A DNA stretch of 64,000 bases from a virus (Duplodnaviria; Caudoviricetes). How positions within the stretch are numbered: the stretch's first letter is position 1; each line of letters opens with the position of its first letter. Positions 45,939-55,214 of the stretch are shown here, piece by piece. The notes beneath the pieces were generated by a model, which was not told where the DNA came from, did no database searches, and was given only the letters and a program-made list of their open reading frames with translations. The stretch lies in the IMG/VR virus record IMGVR_UViG_2824317532_000001, positions 32,001 to 96,000 of that record; one strand, 5' to 3'. Both the position numbers and the translations under genes were made by a program.

Positions 45939-46174
45939 CCTCGGCGGCCGTATCCCCGGCGCCGACCGCCAGGTGAGTGATCAGTAGGCACCCGCGGGTG
46001 AACGCCGACATTCACCCCGATAGGGCATTGCTCATCCGTTTGTCGTTCGTTGCCGCCGTAACGGCCCATCGTCGTCGATGAGTGTGTCGGCGTTGGAGTG
46101 GTGCGGCTGGGTTTCGTGGACTGGGGCCCGGCCGCATTCCAGTCCACTCCCCCGGTCCGTGGAGCCGATTCCGC

Positions 46175-46795
46175 ATGTCGCATCAGCAGTCCTCATACCC
46201 GCCGGCCACCGGAGACCCGTACAGCGCACCTCCGCCGCCAAAGAAGAAGCGCTGGCCGTGGATCGTTGCCGGTGTCGTCGTTGTCGGGATCCTCGGCTGT
46301 GTCGGCCTGTTCACGTTGGTCCTCGGCGGCACCGCAAAGGTGGTCAGCGATGCTGCCACCGAGATGGATGACAACAACAAGGGCAAGAACGCTGCCGCTG
46401 GTGAGCTCGGCAAGCCCGCCAAGGACGGCAAGTTCGAGTTCACGGTCACCGGCATGAAATGCGGCGCCAAAAAGGTGGGCGGCCAGTTCAACGAGGTCCG
46501 CGCCCAGGGCGAGTTCTGCCAGGTCAGTGTGACGGTGAAGAACGTCGGCACCTCGGCGGAGATTTTCGACAGCAACTCACAGAAGGCCTACGACGAGGCC
46601 GGCACCGAATATTCCGTCGACTCTGCCGCGGAACTGGCGGTGAACGACGACAACCAGACGTGGCTGGAGAACATCAACCCCGGAAACAAGATCAAGGGTG
46701 TGCTGGTGTTCGACGTACCCGCCGGCACGAAACCCGCGACGATCGTCGTTCATGAGTCGATGTTCACCGCAGGCGTTCGAGTGCCCCTGGCATAG
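46175..46795 (+). CDS. DUF4352 membrane-anchored protein (Mpr-like)
   Basis: PPPPKKKRWPW+TM; DGKFEFTV, AQGEFCQV, INPGN..GVLVFDVP. Confidence 0.85.
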   Translation: MSHQQSSYPPATGDPYSAPPPPKKKRWPWIVAGVVVVGILGCVGLFTLVLGGTAKVVSDAATEMDDNNKGKNAAAGELGKPAKDGKFEFTVTGMKCGAKKVGGQFNEVRAQGEFCQVSVTVKNVGTSAEIFDSNSQKAYDEAGTEYSVDSAAELAVNDDNQTWLENINPGNKIKGVLVFDVPAGTKPATIVVHESMFTAGVRVPLA

Positions 46796-46803
46796 CGGAA
46801 ACC

Positions 46804-46839
46804 AAGACGGCCCGCGCCATCACCGGCGCGGGCCGTCTT
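46804..46839. terminator. Bidirectional terminator
   Basis: AAGACGGCCCGCGCC...GGCGCGGGCCGTCTT between convergent genes. Confidence 0.7.
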
Positions 46840-46850
46840 CCGTCGTTCGT

Positions 46851-47393
46851 TCAGTGCTGCGAGGTGGCAGCCTCCCTGTTCGCAGCTGCGATAGCGAGCG
46901 CCCGCCAACGCAGAGCTTGCTCCACCTCCGGCTCGTCCTCGACGAGCTCGTACCGCACCGGCCGGCCCTGCTCGTCGTGGTACATCACCATGAGGCGCTG
47001 ATCGTCGAACAGCCACCAATCTTGAGGGCCGATCGCCGGAATGATGCCCTCCGCCTCGGCGACACTGCGAGTCAGGTACTGCACCGTTTCACCGGATTCA
47101 CGGTTCCAGCGGTCCATCCACCGCATCCACTGCTGGTAGTCGGTAGGTGGCGTGTCGACGACCCGAACTCGGCCGATCGTTTTGCCGCTCGAGGTCTGCT
47201 GCCGCACCTGGGCCATCCACTCCCCGAGCTCCTTGTTCTCGGTCGGCGGGATCGGCCGCCCTGCCAGCCACGCCTGCCACTGATCCTGCTCGTAGGTCAC
47301 GTCGTACGCGGCCTGCTGTTCCCACCGCCAGGCAGACCGTTGGTAGCCGGCGAGTTGGGCCCAGAATTCGTCGTTGGTGATAGTGCGGCGCAC
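46851..47393 (-). CDS. DUF6879-like protein
   Basis: SAWRWE, GRVRVVDTPPTDYQQW, DWWLFDD. Confidence 0.8.
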   Translation of the reverse strand: MRRTITNDEFWAQLAGYQRSAWRWEQQAAYDVTYEQDQWQAWLAGRPIPPTENKELGEWMAQVRQQTSSGKTIGRVRVVDTPPTDYQQWMRWMDRWNRESGETVQYLTRSVAEAEGIIPAIGPQDWWLFDDQRLMVMYHDEQGRPVRYELVEDEPEVEQALRWRALAIAAANREAATSQH

Positions 47394-47402
47394 AGCGATC
47401 TC

Positions 47403-48245
47403 CTAGGCGGGAAGGTGATTGATGGCGTCGAGGATGAGGTGGCGGGCGTCTTCGCCGGTGACGGCGTCCTGCCAGTAGCGAGCGAACAGGGCTTCGAGGA
47501 TCTCCACCTTGTCCGCCAAATGTTCCTCGTCGGTGACGGCGGTTTCGATACATGCCTCGTCGTCGAAGATTTCGAACGATGATTCGGTGTTGCTGTTTAC
47601 CGGCCGGGACAGGGACGGGTAGATGGCGAGGGTGACGTTGTCGAGGCCGATGGCGGAGCTGAGGTGGAACAGTTGGGCTCGCATGATTGAGGTCGGGAAT
47701 CGGCGTCGCCGGAGCACGGGCTCGTCGATGAGGAACGTGAACTGCTTGTCGGGGTCGGTGAGGAAGCGAACCGACTCCTGCCGTTTGCGGACGGCGGCGG
47801 CCACGTCGTTGACGCTGCCATGTTTGTCGTGGTGCTCCTGCAGGATGGCCCGCATGTAGTCGGGGGTTTGCAGGTAGCGCGGGATGAACGTCATCTCGAA
47901 GAACGTGAACCGCTTGGTGCGGGCTGCGCGTTTGGTGTAGTCGTCCTGGATGGGCTCCTGGCCATGGGCTGCGCGTTTGCTGTAGGTGTCGCGGCTGGCT
48001 TCGGCTTCGGCGGCCATGTGGATGAGTTGGTCGCGGAGGCGTTCGTTCATGCCGGTGGCCTGCGCCCAGGCGGTGATTTCGTCGGCGGTGGGGATCTGTC
48101 GGCCGCGTTCGATCTTGGAGACCTTGAACTTGCCGGTGCTGGCTGCCCAGCCGAGCATCTCGGCGAGTTCGGTGCCGGTGAATCGTGCGTTTTCGCGGGC
48201 GGCTTTGAGCCTGCCGCCGATGGGGTCACGTTCTTCGGTGGTCAT
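47403..48245 (-). CDS. XRE HTH + DUF5753 regulator
   Basis: KVSKIERGRQIPT; IPRYLQTPDY, FLIDEPVL, AVTGEDAR. Confidence 0.88.
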   Translation of the reverse strand: MTTEERDPIGGRLKAARENARFTGTELAEMLGWAASTGKFKVSKIERGRQIPTADEITAWAQATGMNERLRDQLIHMAAEAEASRDTYSKRAAHGQEPIQDDYTKRAARTKRFTFFEMTFIPRYLQTPDYMRAILQEHHDKHGSVNDVAAAVRKRQESVRFLTDPDKQFTFLIDEPVLRRRRFPTSIMRAQLFHLSSAIGLDNVTLAIYPSLSRPVNSNTESSFEIFDDEACIETAVTDEEHLADKVEILEALFARYWQDAVTGEDARHLILDAINHLPA

Positions 48246-48352
48246 GTGTTCTCTCTTCTCTCCGGGCGGTGGACTGCCAGGTCGAATCCCAGGGAAAAGA
48301 TCATGGTGTGCATGGTGCGCCGACCTTTCGGACGGTTGCTGCTACATGAGCT

Positions 48353-48387
48353 AAGCCCCGGACCCCGTTCGCTCGGGTCCGGGGCTT
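48353..48387. terminator. Hairpin
   Basis: AAGCCCCGGACCC...GGGTCCGGGGCTT. Confidence 0.6.
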
Positions 48388-48403
48388 CGGTGTTGTTCGG
48401 GTG

Positions 48404-48625
48404 TTACTGGCCTCGCCGGGCGTTCACCATGTCGGCGATCTGCTCAGCGAGTGTGTAGGGGATCTCGATGCCGCTTTCATTGGCGGCGACGTTGACCATC
48501 TGGGCGGCGGCGTCGGTGCCGAGGGTGTAGCCCTGCACGACGAGGCTGTCGCGGTCGGTGGCATAGACGGCGGGGCAGTTGCCGCCGCCGGAGTTCTTCC
48601 ACGTGAACAGGTGGGTGAGTTGCAT
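48404..48625 (-). CDS. Small protein typical of DUF5753/DUF6879 cassettes
   Basis: SGGGNCPAVYATD...VVQGY. Confidence 0.75.
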   Translation of the reverse strand: MQLTHLFTWKNSGGGNCPAVYATDRDSLVVQGYTLGTDAAAQMVNVAANESGIEIPYTLAEQIADMVNARRGQ

Positions 48626-48639
48626 GGTCTCGCCTTCCG

Positions 48640-48810
48640 CTGGGTTGCTTACGGCTTGAGCAACTTTGCTTGATGGTCGCATCAGGTTGGGCCGAAACAC
48701 AACGACCCCGGCCCTCTTTACGGAGAGTCCGGGGTTGTTGGTGCTGGGATTCCAACCTGGCATCACTGATGCTAGCAAATGTTGCTTGAGTTGCTTGACT
48801 GAGTTGCTCG
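48640..48810. promoter_or_regulatory. Divergent control region with GTTGCT repeats and hairpin
   Basis: GTTGCT/AGCAAC at ~48644, 48659, 48781, 48790, 48803; hairpin ~48700-48738. Confidence 0.6.
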
Positions 48811-48912
48811 CAGGGTGCACGGTGGAGGTAGGCATTCAGCCGCCTTCTCCCGGCCGGGGTTGGCGTGACAGAGACTCCCCTGCCCCGGCCGGAATACCTC
48901 CTGGAGGATCCC

Positions 48913-49209
48913 GTGCCTAGTGCGACTCTCACCCGCACCTGCCCCGCCTACTGCGCACGCATCCACGACGAACAGCCCGACGAGGTCGTCGCCCACGAAA
49001 CCCCCGTCGTTGGCATCCCCGCCCTCGGCAGCCGCCCGCTGCGACTGCAGATGTCACAGGCCGACTGCGACCCGGCGCCACGGCTGCACGTCGGCAGTTA
49101 CGACCTGGACCTCTACAACGCTGAGCGGCTTCTCGCCGAACTGCATATGAAGGTCACGATCATGCGGGAGGCGCAGGCGCGTCTCCACGCCAGCCTGACG
49201 GTCGCCTGA
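48913..49209 (+). CDS. DUF6907-like protein
   Basis: GGAGG SD; CPAYC..H...H motif. Confidence 0.6.
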   Translation: MPSATLTRTCPAYCARIHDEQPDEVVAHETPVVGIPALGSRPLRLQMSQADCDPAPRLHVGSYDLDLYNAERLLAELHMKVTIMREAQARLHASLTVA

Positions 49210-49595
49210 TGACCGGCACCGACCGCGAGCGGCTCGACACCGCGCTCGCGAACCTCCGCGGCCAGGGTGTCGCCGTTGTCGTCGACCTGTCCGGCTCGTC
49301 GGGGGTCCGCGACTGGGACCACGCCGACTATCTGAAAGCCGCCGCTACGGCGGGTACCGGCCGGTGGGTCGGCACGCATGTTGGCTGCGACGAGCATCGC
49401 GGGGCCTACTGGGACGCCGACGGCACCCTCCGGTACGGACACACCAACAAGCCGGTGACGGAGGTGTGGCTGCACCACAGCCATCCGGAGGTTGCCCGGC
49501 TGCTGGTCGACGCGCTGGCAGCCGCCGGGCTCGCCGTGTCGTGGGACGGCAACCCTGACAGCAGTGTCCTGCTCGCCCTGGCCGGTGGCCGATGA
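49209..49595 (+). CDS. Hypothetical protein
   Basis: TGATG coupling; AGLAVSWDG motif. Confidence 0.65.
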   Translation: MTGTDRERLDTALANLRGQGVAVVVDLSGSSGVRDWDHADYLKAAATAGTGRWVGTHVGCDEHRGAYWDADGTLRYGHTNKPVTEVWLHHSHPEVARLLVDALAAAGLAVSWDGNPDSSVLLALAGGR

Positions 49596-49810
49596 TCGCG
49601 CTCGCCAGCACCCAGCGTTACCTGATCGACGGCGCCGTCCGCGACACGCTCACCTACCAGGACGGTGTGTTCCGGCTCGACGGCGTGCTGCTGCCCGAGC
49701 CGGACGCCCAGCAGGCGCGTGCGCTCGTGTTCGCCGGCCTGCTGGCCGTGAACCGCACGGACGTCCAGCCCACCACTACTGGCCGGGCTGCCGCCGGACT
49801 CCCCCACTGA
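49592..49810 (+). CDS. Hypothetical protein
   Basis: ATGA coupling. Confidence 0.55.
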   Translation: MIALASTQRYLIDGAVRDTLTYQDGVFRLDGVLLPEPDAQQARALVFAGLLAVNRTDVQPTTTGRAAAGLPH

Positions 49811-49851
49811 CCTTTCCCACTGACGCACGACCCGTATCCGAGGAGGACCAC

Positions 49852-50055
49852 ATGTCCACCACCGTGTACGCCCCGCCCACCGGCGGCTTCGACGACTTCC
49901 GGCAGTGGCAGATCGAGCTGGACACCAGTCGGCCGGCGCTGTCCGAGCCCCGGCTCCCCCATCACCCGTCCCGCGCCGCACTGCGCCGCGACGCCGACTC
50001 GCAGATCGCGGAGGGTGTCGCTGACTGGCTGCGCACCCACAGCAAGGGGGCGTGA
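49852..50055 (+). CDS. Hypothetical protein
   Basis: GAGGAGG SD. Confidence 0.55.
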   Translation: MSTTVYAPPTGGFDDFRQWQIELDTSRPALSEPRLPHHPSRAALRRDADSQIAEGVADWLRTHSKGA

Positions 50056-50285
50056 TGGCTACCTATTCGTGGGCGCTGATCCGTGACGGCCAGCCGGTCG
50101 CCGACGGTACCGAGTTTCACAGCGGGTTCGAGACGCCGGAGGAGTACGGGCGTTTCCAGGCCGCCCGGCCGCGGCCGTTCCCGGTGGACGAGGTTCACGT
50201 CTGGGCGGGTGACGTGCCGGCCGGTGAGCCGGTTCGGGTACGCCGGCACCCGCGGCGCCGGGCCCTGGCCGGAGCGGTGTCGTGA
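50055..50285 (+). CDS. Hypothetical protein
   Basis: TGATG coupling. Confidence 0.55.
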   Translation: MATYSWALIRDGQPVADGTEFHSGFETPEEYGRFQAARPRPFPVDEVHVWAGDVPAGEPVRVRRHPRRRALAGAVS

Positions 50286-50442
50286 CCGCCCAGGCCGCCC
50301 GCCTGATGCGGGCGCGTCGTGCCCGCCGCCTGCCGACCGCGCATGACGGGTTCGGCTACTCGCGGGACATGTCCGACCCGGAGCCCATGGCGGTACCCGC
50401 TGGGGTCGAGTTGGTCTGTCTGGACTCCCGCGGCGGCGCCCG

Positions 50443-50769
50443 ATGACCGTCACGACCGCTCCCGCATTGACGTTCGCTGACATTCCCGGACAGCGCGCCT
50501 GGTACCGGGTCGACGACGTGTTCGACCCCGCCACCCGCATCCACATCGACGTGCCCTACCTGCATCACGACCTGGACTGCCGGTGGCCGGTGTATGACGA
50601 CTACCGGGTCGTCACCCGTGGTGGTGCCAGCATCGTGGAGCAGGAGCCGTTCTTCGACGGCTGCGACTCGTGGGGTGATTCGTCGTGCCCCGACGCCCCG
50701 TTCGGGCATCGCCGGCCCGTACCGGTCTGCCCCGCATGTGCGCCCGCCCTCACCGGCCGGAGCCTGTGA
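50443..50769 (+). CDS. Hypothetical Cys-rich protein
   Basis: GC3-rich ORF in coupled string. Confidence 0.55.
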   Translation: MTVTTAPALTFADIPGQRAWYRVDDVFDPATRIHIDVPYLHHDLDCRWPVYDDYRVVTRGGASIVEQEPFFDGCDSWGDSSCPDAPFGHRRPVPVCPACAPALTGRSL

Positions 50770-50942
50770 TGGCGCCGCTGCCCGAGCCGACACCGCGGTC
50801 GTCCTGGCCGGACGACGAGCACGCCACCTGCCCTCCCCCGTGCGGCGGACTGATGTCGGTGACCTCGTCCGGTGAGCTGCGCTGCGACGAGTGCGGCCTG
50901 CGCGCCGCCGACGCCTCCGTGCGGCAGGAGGTTCAGTGGTGA
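50769..50942 (+). CDS. Small Zn-ribbon protein
   Basis: CPPPC...CDEC; coupled at both ends. Confidence 0.5.
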   Translation: MAPLPEPTPRSSWPDDEHATCPPPCGGLMSVTSSGELRCDECGLRAADASVRQEVQW

Positions 50943-51190
50943 CCGGCGCTGAACTGATCGTCGCCGCCGAGGCGCTGCACGCTTCCACTGTTCAGCCGTC
51001 CGACGATCCGACGCCCGGCCTGATCCACCAGGCCGTCGTTGGCGCCGTCACTGCGTACGGGGTCGACGGCTGCGCGGCACGGCTTGCCCAGCGGTACGGC
51101 GACCACCCCACCGAGACAGCGGCCCGCATGCGGTGGTGCCTGGCAACTGTCCGAGCCGTCTACCCGGCCGTCACTGCCAGCACGGTCTGA
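50939..51190 (+). CDS. Conserved actinobacterial hypothetical protein
   Basis: GCAARLAQRYGDHPTETAARMRW motif. Confidence 0.65.
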   Translation: MTGAELIVAAEALHASTVQPSDDPTPGLIHQAVVGAVTAYGVDGCAARLAQRYGDHPTETAARMRWCLATVRAVYPAVTASTV

Positions 51191-51269
51191 CCGGCCACCC
51201 GGCCACCAGCACCAACCGATCTAGCCCCCTGGATCGGTTGGTGCTGGTGGTCCGGCGGCCGGTCAGACC
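51184..51269. repeat. Long imperfect inverted repeat (~40-bp arms)
   Basis: GGTCTGACCGGCC..CCACCAGCACCAACCGATC / GATCGGTTGGTGCTGGTGG..GGCCGGTCAGACC. Confidence 0.8.
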
Positions 51270-51295
51270 CCCTGGACGCCGAGAAACGAGGACCG

Positions 51296-51595
51296 ATGTT
51301 CGGCATCACCCGCGACAACAGCCCCCAACCCGCCGGCCCGGCGGTGCCGCCCCTGCACTACCAGCACTGCCGCGAAGACGTTAACGCCTACTACCAACAG
51401 TTCGGCGACAAGTACGACTACGACAAGAAGCTCGCGCTGGGCGTCGTGGACGCCGCCGAAGCCGCCGGCGTGTCCGTATGGAAGGCCCTTCCCACCGAAG
51501 ACGGCTTCACCTACGAGTCGCGCCTCCGACTGGCCGCCGTGTGGAAGAAGGCAGGCCGCGGCCCGGCCGCCGACCGTGAGGAGTTCTACGCGTGA
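51296..51595 (+). CDS. Hypothetical protein
   Basis: GAGG SD; GC3-rich. Confidence 0.6.
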   Translation: MFGITRDNSPQPAGPAVPPLHYQHCREDVNAYYQQFGDKYDYDKKLALGVVDAAEAAGVSVWKALPTEDGFTYESRLRLAAVWKKAGRGPAADREEFYA

Positions 51596-51801
51596 GCATC
51601 GACTACACCGGTGGCGTGGCCGGGCGGGATCCGATCGGCAAGACGATGGTCGAGTCGTTCCTCGCCCAGCATCCGAACGAGTCCGACGAGCAGATCCACG
51701 CCCGTATGTGCCGGGCGTGGAACAGTGTTCCCGGCTCCGGCGAGATGCCGATTCCGGTCGACGAGATCGCCCACTGGCGGGCCGGATGGACGGCGCGGTG
51801 A
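51592..51801 (+). CDS. Hypothetical protein
   Basis: GTGA coupling. Confidence 0.55.
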   Translation: MSIDYTGGVAGRDPIGKTMVESFLAQHPNESDEQIHARMCRAWNSVPGSGEMPIPVDEIAHWRAGWTAR

Positions 51802-52073
51802 ACGAGCCCGACAACCTGACCGGCTGGGTCGATCGGCTCGGCGGCACATGGGTTCGGGTCGACGACTGCCCGGCGCCGTCGTACGCCATCTTTGCTGGCA
51901 GTTCGTGGTATCCCCGCACCGATGGCCCCGGCTTCGATCCGCAGGTCCATGACGGTATCGGCCAGCCTCGGTCCTGGGATCAAGTCGAGTACGACTTCGC
52001 GCCGCTCACCCCGGCAAGCCCGGAGTTGACGGCGGAGACGATCGCGCTGGTGCGGCGGGCCGTATCCGAGTAG
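51798..52073 (+). CDS. Hypothetical protein
   Basis: GTGA coupling. Confidence 0.55.
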   Translation: MNEPDNLTGWVDRLGGTWVRVDDCPAPSYAIFAGSSWYPRTDGPGFDPQVHDGIGQPRSWDQVEYDFAPLTPASPELTAETIALVRRAVSE

Positions 52074-52277
52074 TGCCCGGCGGGTCGTAACAGACGAGAC
52101 GGGCGGCCCGCAGCAGTGAGACGCCGGGCCGCCCAACGATTCCTATCGGAGGAACCATGTTCAACGGTAAACGACGCTGGCGGCGGCAGCCGGTTCCGGT
52201 GCTCGACACCGCCGCCCAGGCGCTGGCCGAACTGCTGGCCGAGTCCGCACGCAAGCACGATGATCGGGAGCCGTTCC

Positions 52278-52818
52278 GTGGCTGACCTGCCCGCTGACCT
52301 GTTGATCGTGCGGCACGCCGACGACACGACCACCACCTACGAGGACGTGCGCTACTGCCTGTGGCGTGACGGCGTGACCGTCTACCAGCATGGCGAGGAG
52401 ATTCACCACGGCGATGTTGTCGAGGTGCGGGCCGAGCGGGCGGCGGTGCCGGCGTGAGCGCACGCGTCGGGACGCTCGACTACTACCTCGGCATGGACGC
52501 GGCCGAGCTGGACTTGCTGGAGCAGCGGGTCCAGGCTGAGCCCGCTGTTGGCTGGGTGGCGGAGACGGCGAAACAGCGGCTCCTCGACCGGATCGCCGCC
52601 GTGCGGGAGATGCGCGGCGAGCAGGTGGCCGGCTGATGGCGCGGGTGCTGGTGGTGTCGGATGACGGCGCGACCGTGATCCAGGTTCGTGACGCGGACCG
52701 CCCGGACGGTGAACCGTGGGCGGAAGGCGTGTGCCCGTGCGGTGAAGTCATCTCCGACCGCGGGCATTTCGAGGACACCGTGCAGGCGTGCGAGATCCAT
52801 CTGGACGAGCAGCACTGA
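52278..52818 (+). other. Three coupled ~60-aa ORFs (52278-52457, 52454-52636, 52636-52818)
   Basis: GTGA/TGATG overlaps; followed by hairpin. Confidence 0.55.
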
Positions 52819-52819
52819 C

Positions 52820-52849
52820 AGCGCCCCGCCGAGATGTTGGCGGGGCGCT
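52820..52849. terminator. Bidirectional terminator
   Basis: AGCGCCCCGCC...GGCGGGGCGCT between convergent genes. Confidence 0.65.
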
Positions 52850-52851
52850 CG

Positions 52852-53064
52852 CTATTTCATCGGCTTGCCGAGGTGTCGGTAGATCGTCTTTCGAGCCAGG
52901 TCGGCGGCCTCAGCAATTCGGTTGATTGGAACCCTTAGCCGCCCAGCCTCGACGATCAGTCTGTCGATCTGCTCCTCGATGGCTTGCCGTTGAGCGGCGA
53001 GGTTGACCAAGGCGAGCAGCACCTTTTGCTGTTCGTCGTCGGGCTCGAAGGGTGGACGCGGCAC
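52852..53064 (-). CDS. Small HTH DNA-binding protein
   Basis: VPINRIAEAADLARKTIYRHL; TAGCCT-N6-GTG. Confidence 0.75.
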   Translation of the reverse strand: MPRPPFEPDDEQQKVLLALVNLAAQRQAIEEQIDRLIVEAGRLRVPINRIAEAADLARKTIYRHLGKPMK

Positions 53065-53092
53065 ACGATCAGGCTATCGGTTCCTGTTCCCC

Positions 53093-53120
53093 TTGACCCA
53101 GTAACCTCGCCTGTTAGTGT
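53093..53120 (+). promoter_or_regulatory. SigA-like promoter
   Basis: TTGACC-N16-TAGTGT; CAGTAAC direct repeat at ~53099 and ~53132. Confidence 0.55.
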
Positions 53121-53153
53121 TTACATGTACTCAGTAACGAGCCAGAGGCGACC

Positions 53154-53417
53154 ATGAGCGACTCACTTGACCGACAGGACGCATCAGGCTCCATGCCGCT
53201 GTCGATCTGTCACAACGGCCGGGTCCTCGCTTTGGTACCTGCGCACCTCGTCAACGACTTCGGAGCCGATGCGCGCCCAGCGCCCGCGTTGTGGGAGCAC
53301 ATCACTCGGGTCGCCGCGCTCCATTGGCTGAGCCCGGACGACACCGAACTCCTGCTGCCCTGCCACCTACACCCGGCGTTCTCCGCAGTCGACTGCCTCG
53401 ACTGCGAACCCGCCTGA
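53154..53417 (+). CDS. Hypothetical protein
   Basis: First ORF after promoter. Confidence 0.55.
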   Translation: MSDSLDRQDASGSMPLSICHNGRVLALVPAHLVNDFGADARPAPALWEHITRVAALHWLSPDDTELLLPCHLHPAFSAVDCLDCEPA

Positions 53418-53432
53418 TCTGAAAGGAACCAC

Positions 53433-53693
53433 ATGCCTCACAGCGAGCAGGCCACCGCCGTCCTCACCGCGAACGAGCCGAAGGACGGCACCGTCCTTCT
53501 CGTGCGCAGCGGCGATGAATGGAAGGTCATTGAGCGCGACGACGCACTCTCCCGCGACTACGACCCACAGGACCACTGGTTCGATGTCACCACCGAAGCG
53601 ATCGGCGACTCGGACCCGATGGCACTGCACCAGCACGTCAAGTACGCCGACGCCGTGTACGCGCTGGGCGAGAAGCTGGCCGAGTTCCGGTGA
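53433..53693 (+). CDS. Hypothetical protein
   Basis: GAAAGGA SD. Confidence 0.6.
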   Translation: MPHSEQATAVLTANEPKDGTVLLVRSGDEWKVIERDDALSRDYDPQDHWFDVTTEAIGDSDPMALHQHVKYADAVYALGEKLAEFR

Positions 53694-54082
53694 GCTACGA
53701 CGTTCGTTTCACCGGCGAGATCGGCATCCATCCGCCCATCCCCGCCGACGATGTCATCGCCGCCGGGTTCCACGCCCCTGGCCGATTCGGTGACAAGGAC
53801 GTGGCCGTAACGGTCATCGAAACGCCGATCGACGGGGTGCCCGGCGCCTACCGGCGGCAGGTGACTGCGATTGCCGCTTGTATGGGTTCGTACACCGCCT
53901 ACAAGGCTGTCGAGCATGTGCAGGAGATCGTGTCCCGTTGGGGTGAGGGCCGTACGTTTACCGGCTATCTGCAGGGCTGGGGTGAGGAACCCGGCGACGT
54001 GTTCCGAATCGTCATCCGTGACGGCCGGGCAGTGGAGGTCCAGCCTCGGATCGTGTGGCCGGACGGATCGGAGGGCGTCTGA
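53690..54082 (+). CDS. Conserved actinophage hypothetical protein
   Basis: FTGEI.IHPP...GEEPGDVFRIVIRDGRA..V.PRIVWPD. Confidence 0.65.
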   Translation: MSYDVRFTGEIGIHPPIPADDVIAAGFHAPGRFGDKDVAVTVIETPIDGVPGAYRRQVTAIAACMGSYTAYKAVEHVQEIVSRWGEGRTFTGYLQGWGEEPGDVFRIVIRDGRAVEVQPRIVWPDGSEGV

Positions 54083-54324
54083 TGATCGTGGACATCATCA
54101 CCAAGACCGTCCGGATCCCGGCCAGCGAACACCACGCTGGCTTCCACTCCGTTGACGTCACCCTGATCTGGGAATGCCCAACCTGCGGCGGGCCGAGAGG
54201 CGAGGTCTTCGACACCCTCTCCTACGACGGATCACGTCGGCTCAACGTGCACGGATGGAAGAACCCATGCGGACACATCGACTACTACCGCGCCGTACGC
54301 CGCGAGGCAGGTATCGGCCAATGA
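54082..54324 (+). CDS. Zn-ribbon protein
   Basis: CPTCGGPRGE...W.NPCGHID.Y. Confidence 0.65.
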   Translation: MIVDIITKTVRIPASEHHAGFHSVDVTLIWECPTCGGPRGEVFDTLSYDGSRRLNVHGWKNPCGHIDYYRAVRREAGIGQ

Positions 54325-54635
54325 CTGCCATCACCCTGGACCTGGTGCTCGCCGTGCACGCGGCTGCCGACCTGGGCGGTGACACCGGTCTAACGGTCGA
54401 CTCGATCGCCGCGATGACCAACCTCGCCGTTGAGGACGCCGAGCAGGCGCTGGAATCCGGTGCCCGCCGCGGCATCGTGTCCCGTCTCGGCGACGGCCGC
54501 TGGATTGCCTGGCCGATCTGCCCCACCTGCGGGTACGGCGCCGACGACCGGCATCACTCCACCGACCATCCGCAGCCGGGCGTCTGTGAGACGCACCCGG
54601 TGGACTACTGCGCCGGCTACCCGCTCCCCCGCTGA
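54321..54635 (+). CDS. Hypothetical wHTH/Zn-finger-like protein
   Basis: ATGA coupling; CPTCG. Confidence 0.55.
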   Translation: MTAITLDLVLAVHAAADLGGDTGLTVDSIAAMTNLAVEDAEQALESGARRGIVSRLGDGRWIAWPICPTCGYGADDRHHSTDHPQPGVCETHPVDYCAGYPLPR

Positions 54636-54648
54636 CTTGGAGGCCACT

Positions 54649-54975
54649 ATGCCCCGCACCATCGATTCGATGCTCGCCGCGCACCGCGTGGCCACCGAGC
54701 GCCGTAACAACGGCCAGCCCGTCTGGGACGAGACCGTCGACCTGGCCGACCTGTTCCACAACACCGACCTGTCCCAGGCCGAGCGGTACGCCCGCATCGC
54801 CGACCGGATCAAGCGTTCGCGCTGGTACCAGAACCGGGACGCGGACGGTTTCGACGAGTTCGGGGAGGCCGTCGAGAACCTAGCGGTCGCTTCCGGGCCG
54901 GACGAGTTCGACGGCTGGTTCGACGAGATTTACGACCAGGCTGACCGCGACCGGGTTTGGATCAAGACCCGATGA
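54649..54975 (+). CDS. Hypothetical acidic protein
   Basis: GGAGG SD; EFDGWFDEIYDQADRDRVWI. Confidence 0.65.
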   Translation: MPRTIDSMLAAHRVATERRNNGQPVWDETVDLADLFHNTDLSQAERYARIADRIKRSRWYQNRDADGFDEFGEAVENLAVASGPDEFDGWFDEIYDQADRDRVWIKTR

Positions 54976-55214
54976 TCGCCTACTTCACCGTCGACAGCGA
55001 CGGCCGCCTGCCCCGCCAGGACGGCACCATCAGGGTCGACGGCCAGGACTACCTACTTCCGATGAAGGCACAGGTGGGTGGTTTCCTGGCCCCACGCCGC
55101 ATCCTGGAAGGGCTGCAGGCTGCCGGCTGGAAACCGGCCACCGACTACTACTCCGATTTGGACGTGGACGGACCTGGGTCGATCCGGGTGGTTCCGCTGG
55201 ACGGCGACGCCTGA
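54972..55214 (+). CDS. Hypothetical protein
   Basis: ATGA coupling. Confidence 0.55.
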   Translation: MIAYFTVDSDGRLPRQDGTIRVDGQDYLLPMKAQVGGFLAPRRILEGLQAAGWKPATDYYSDLDVDGPGSIRVVPLDGDA

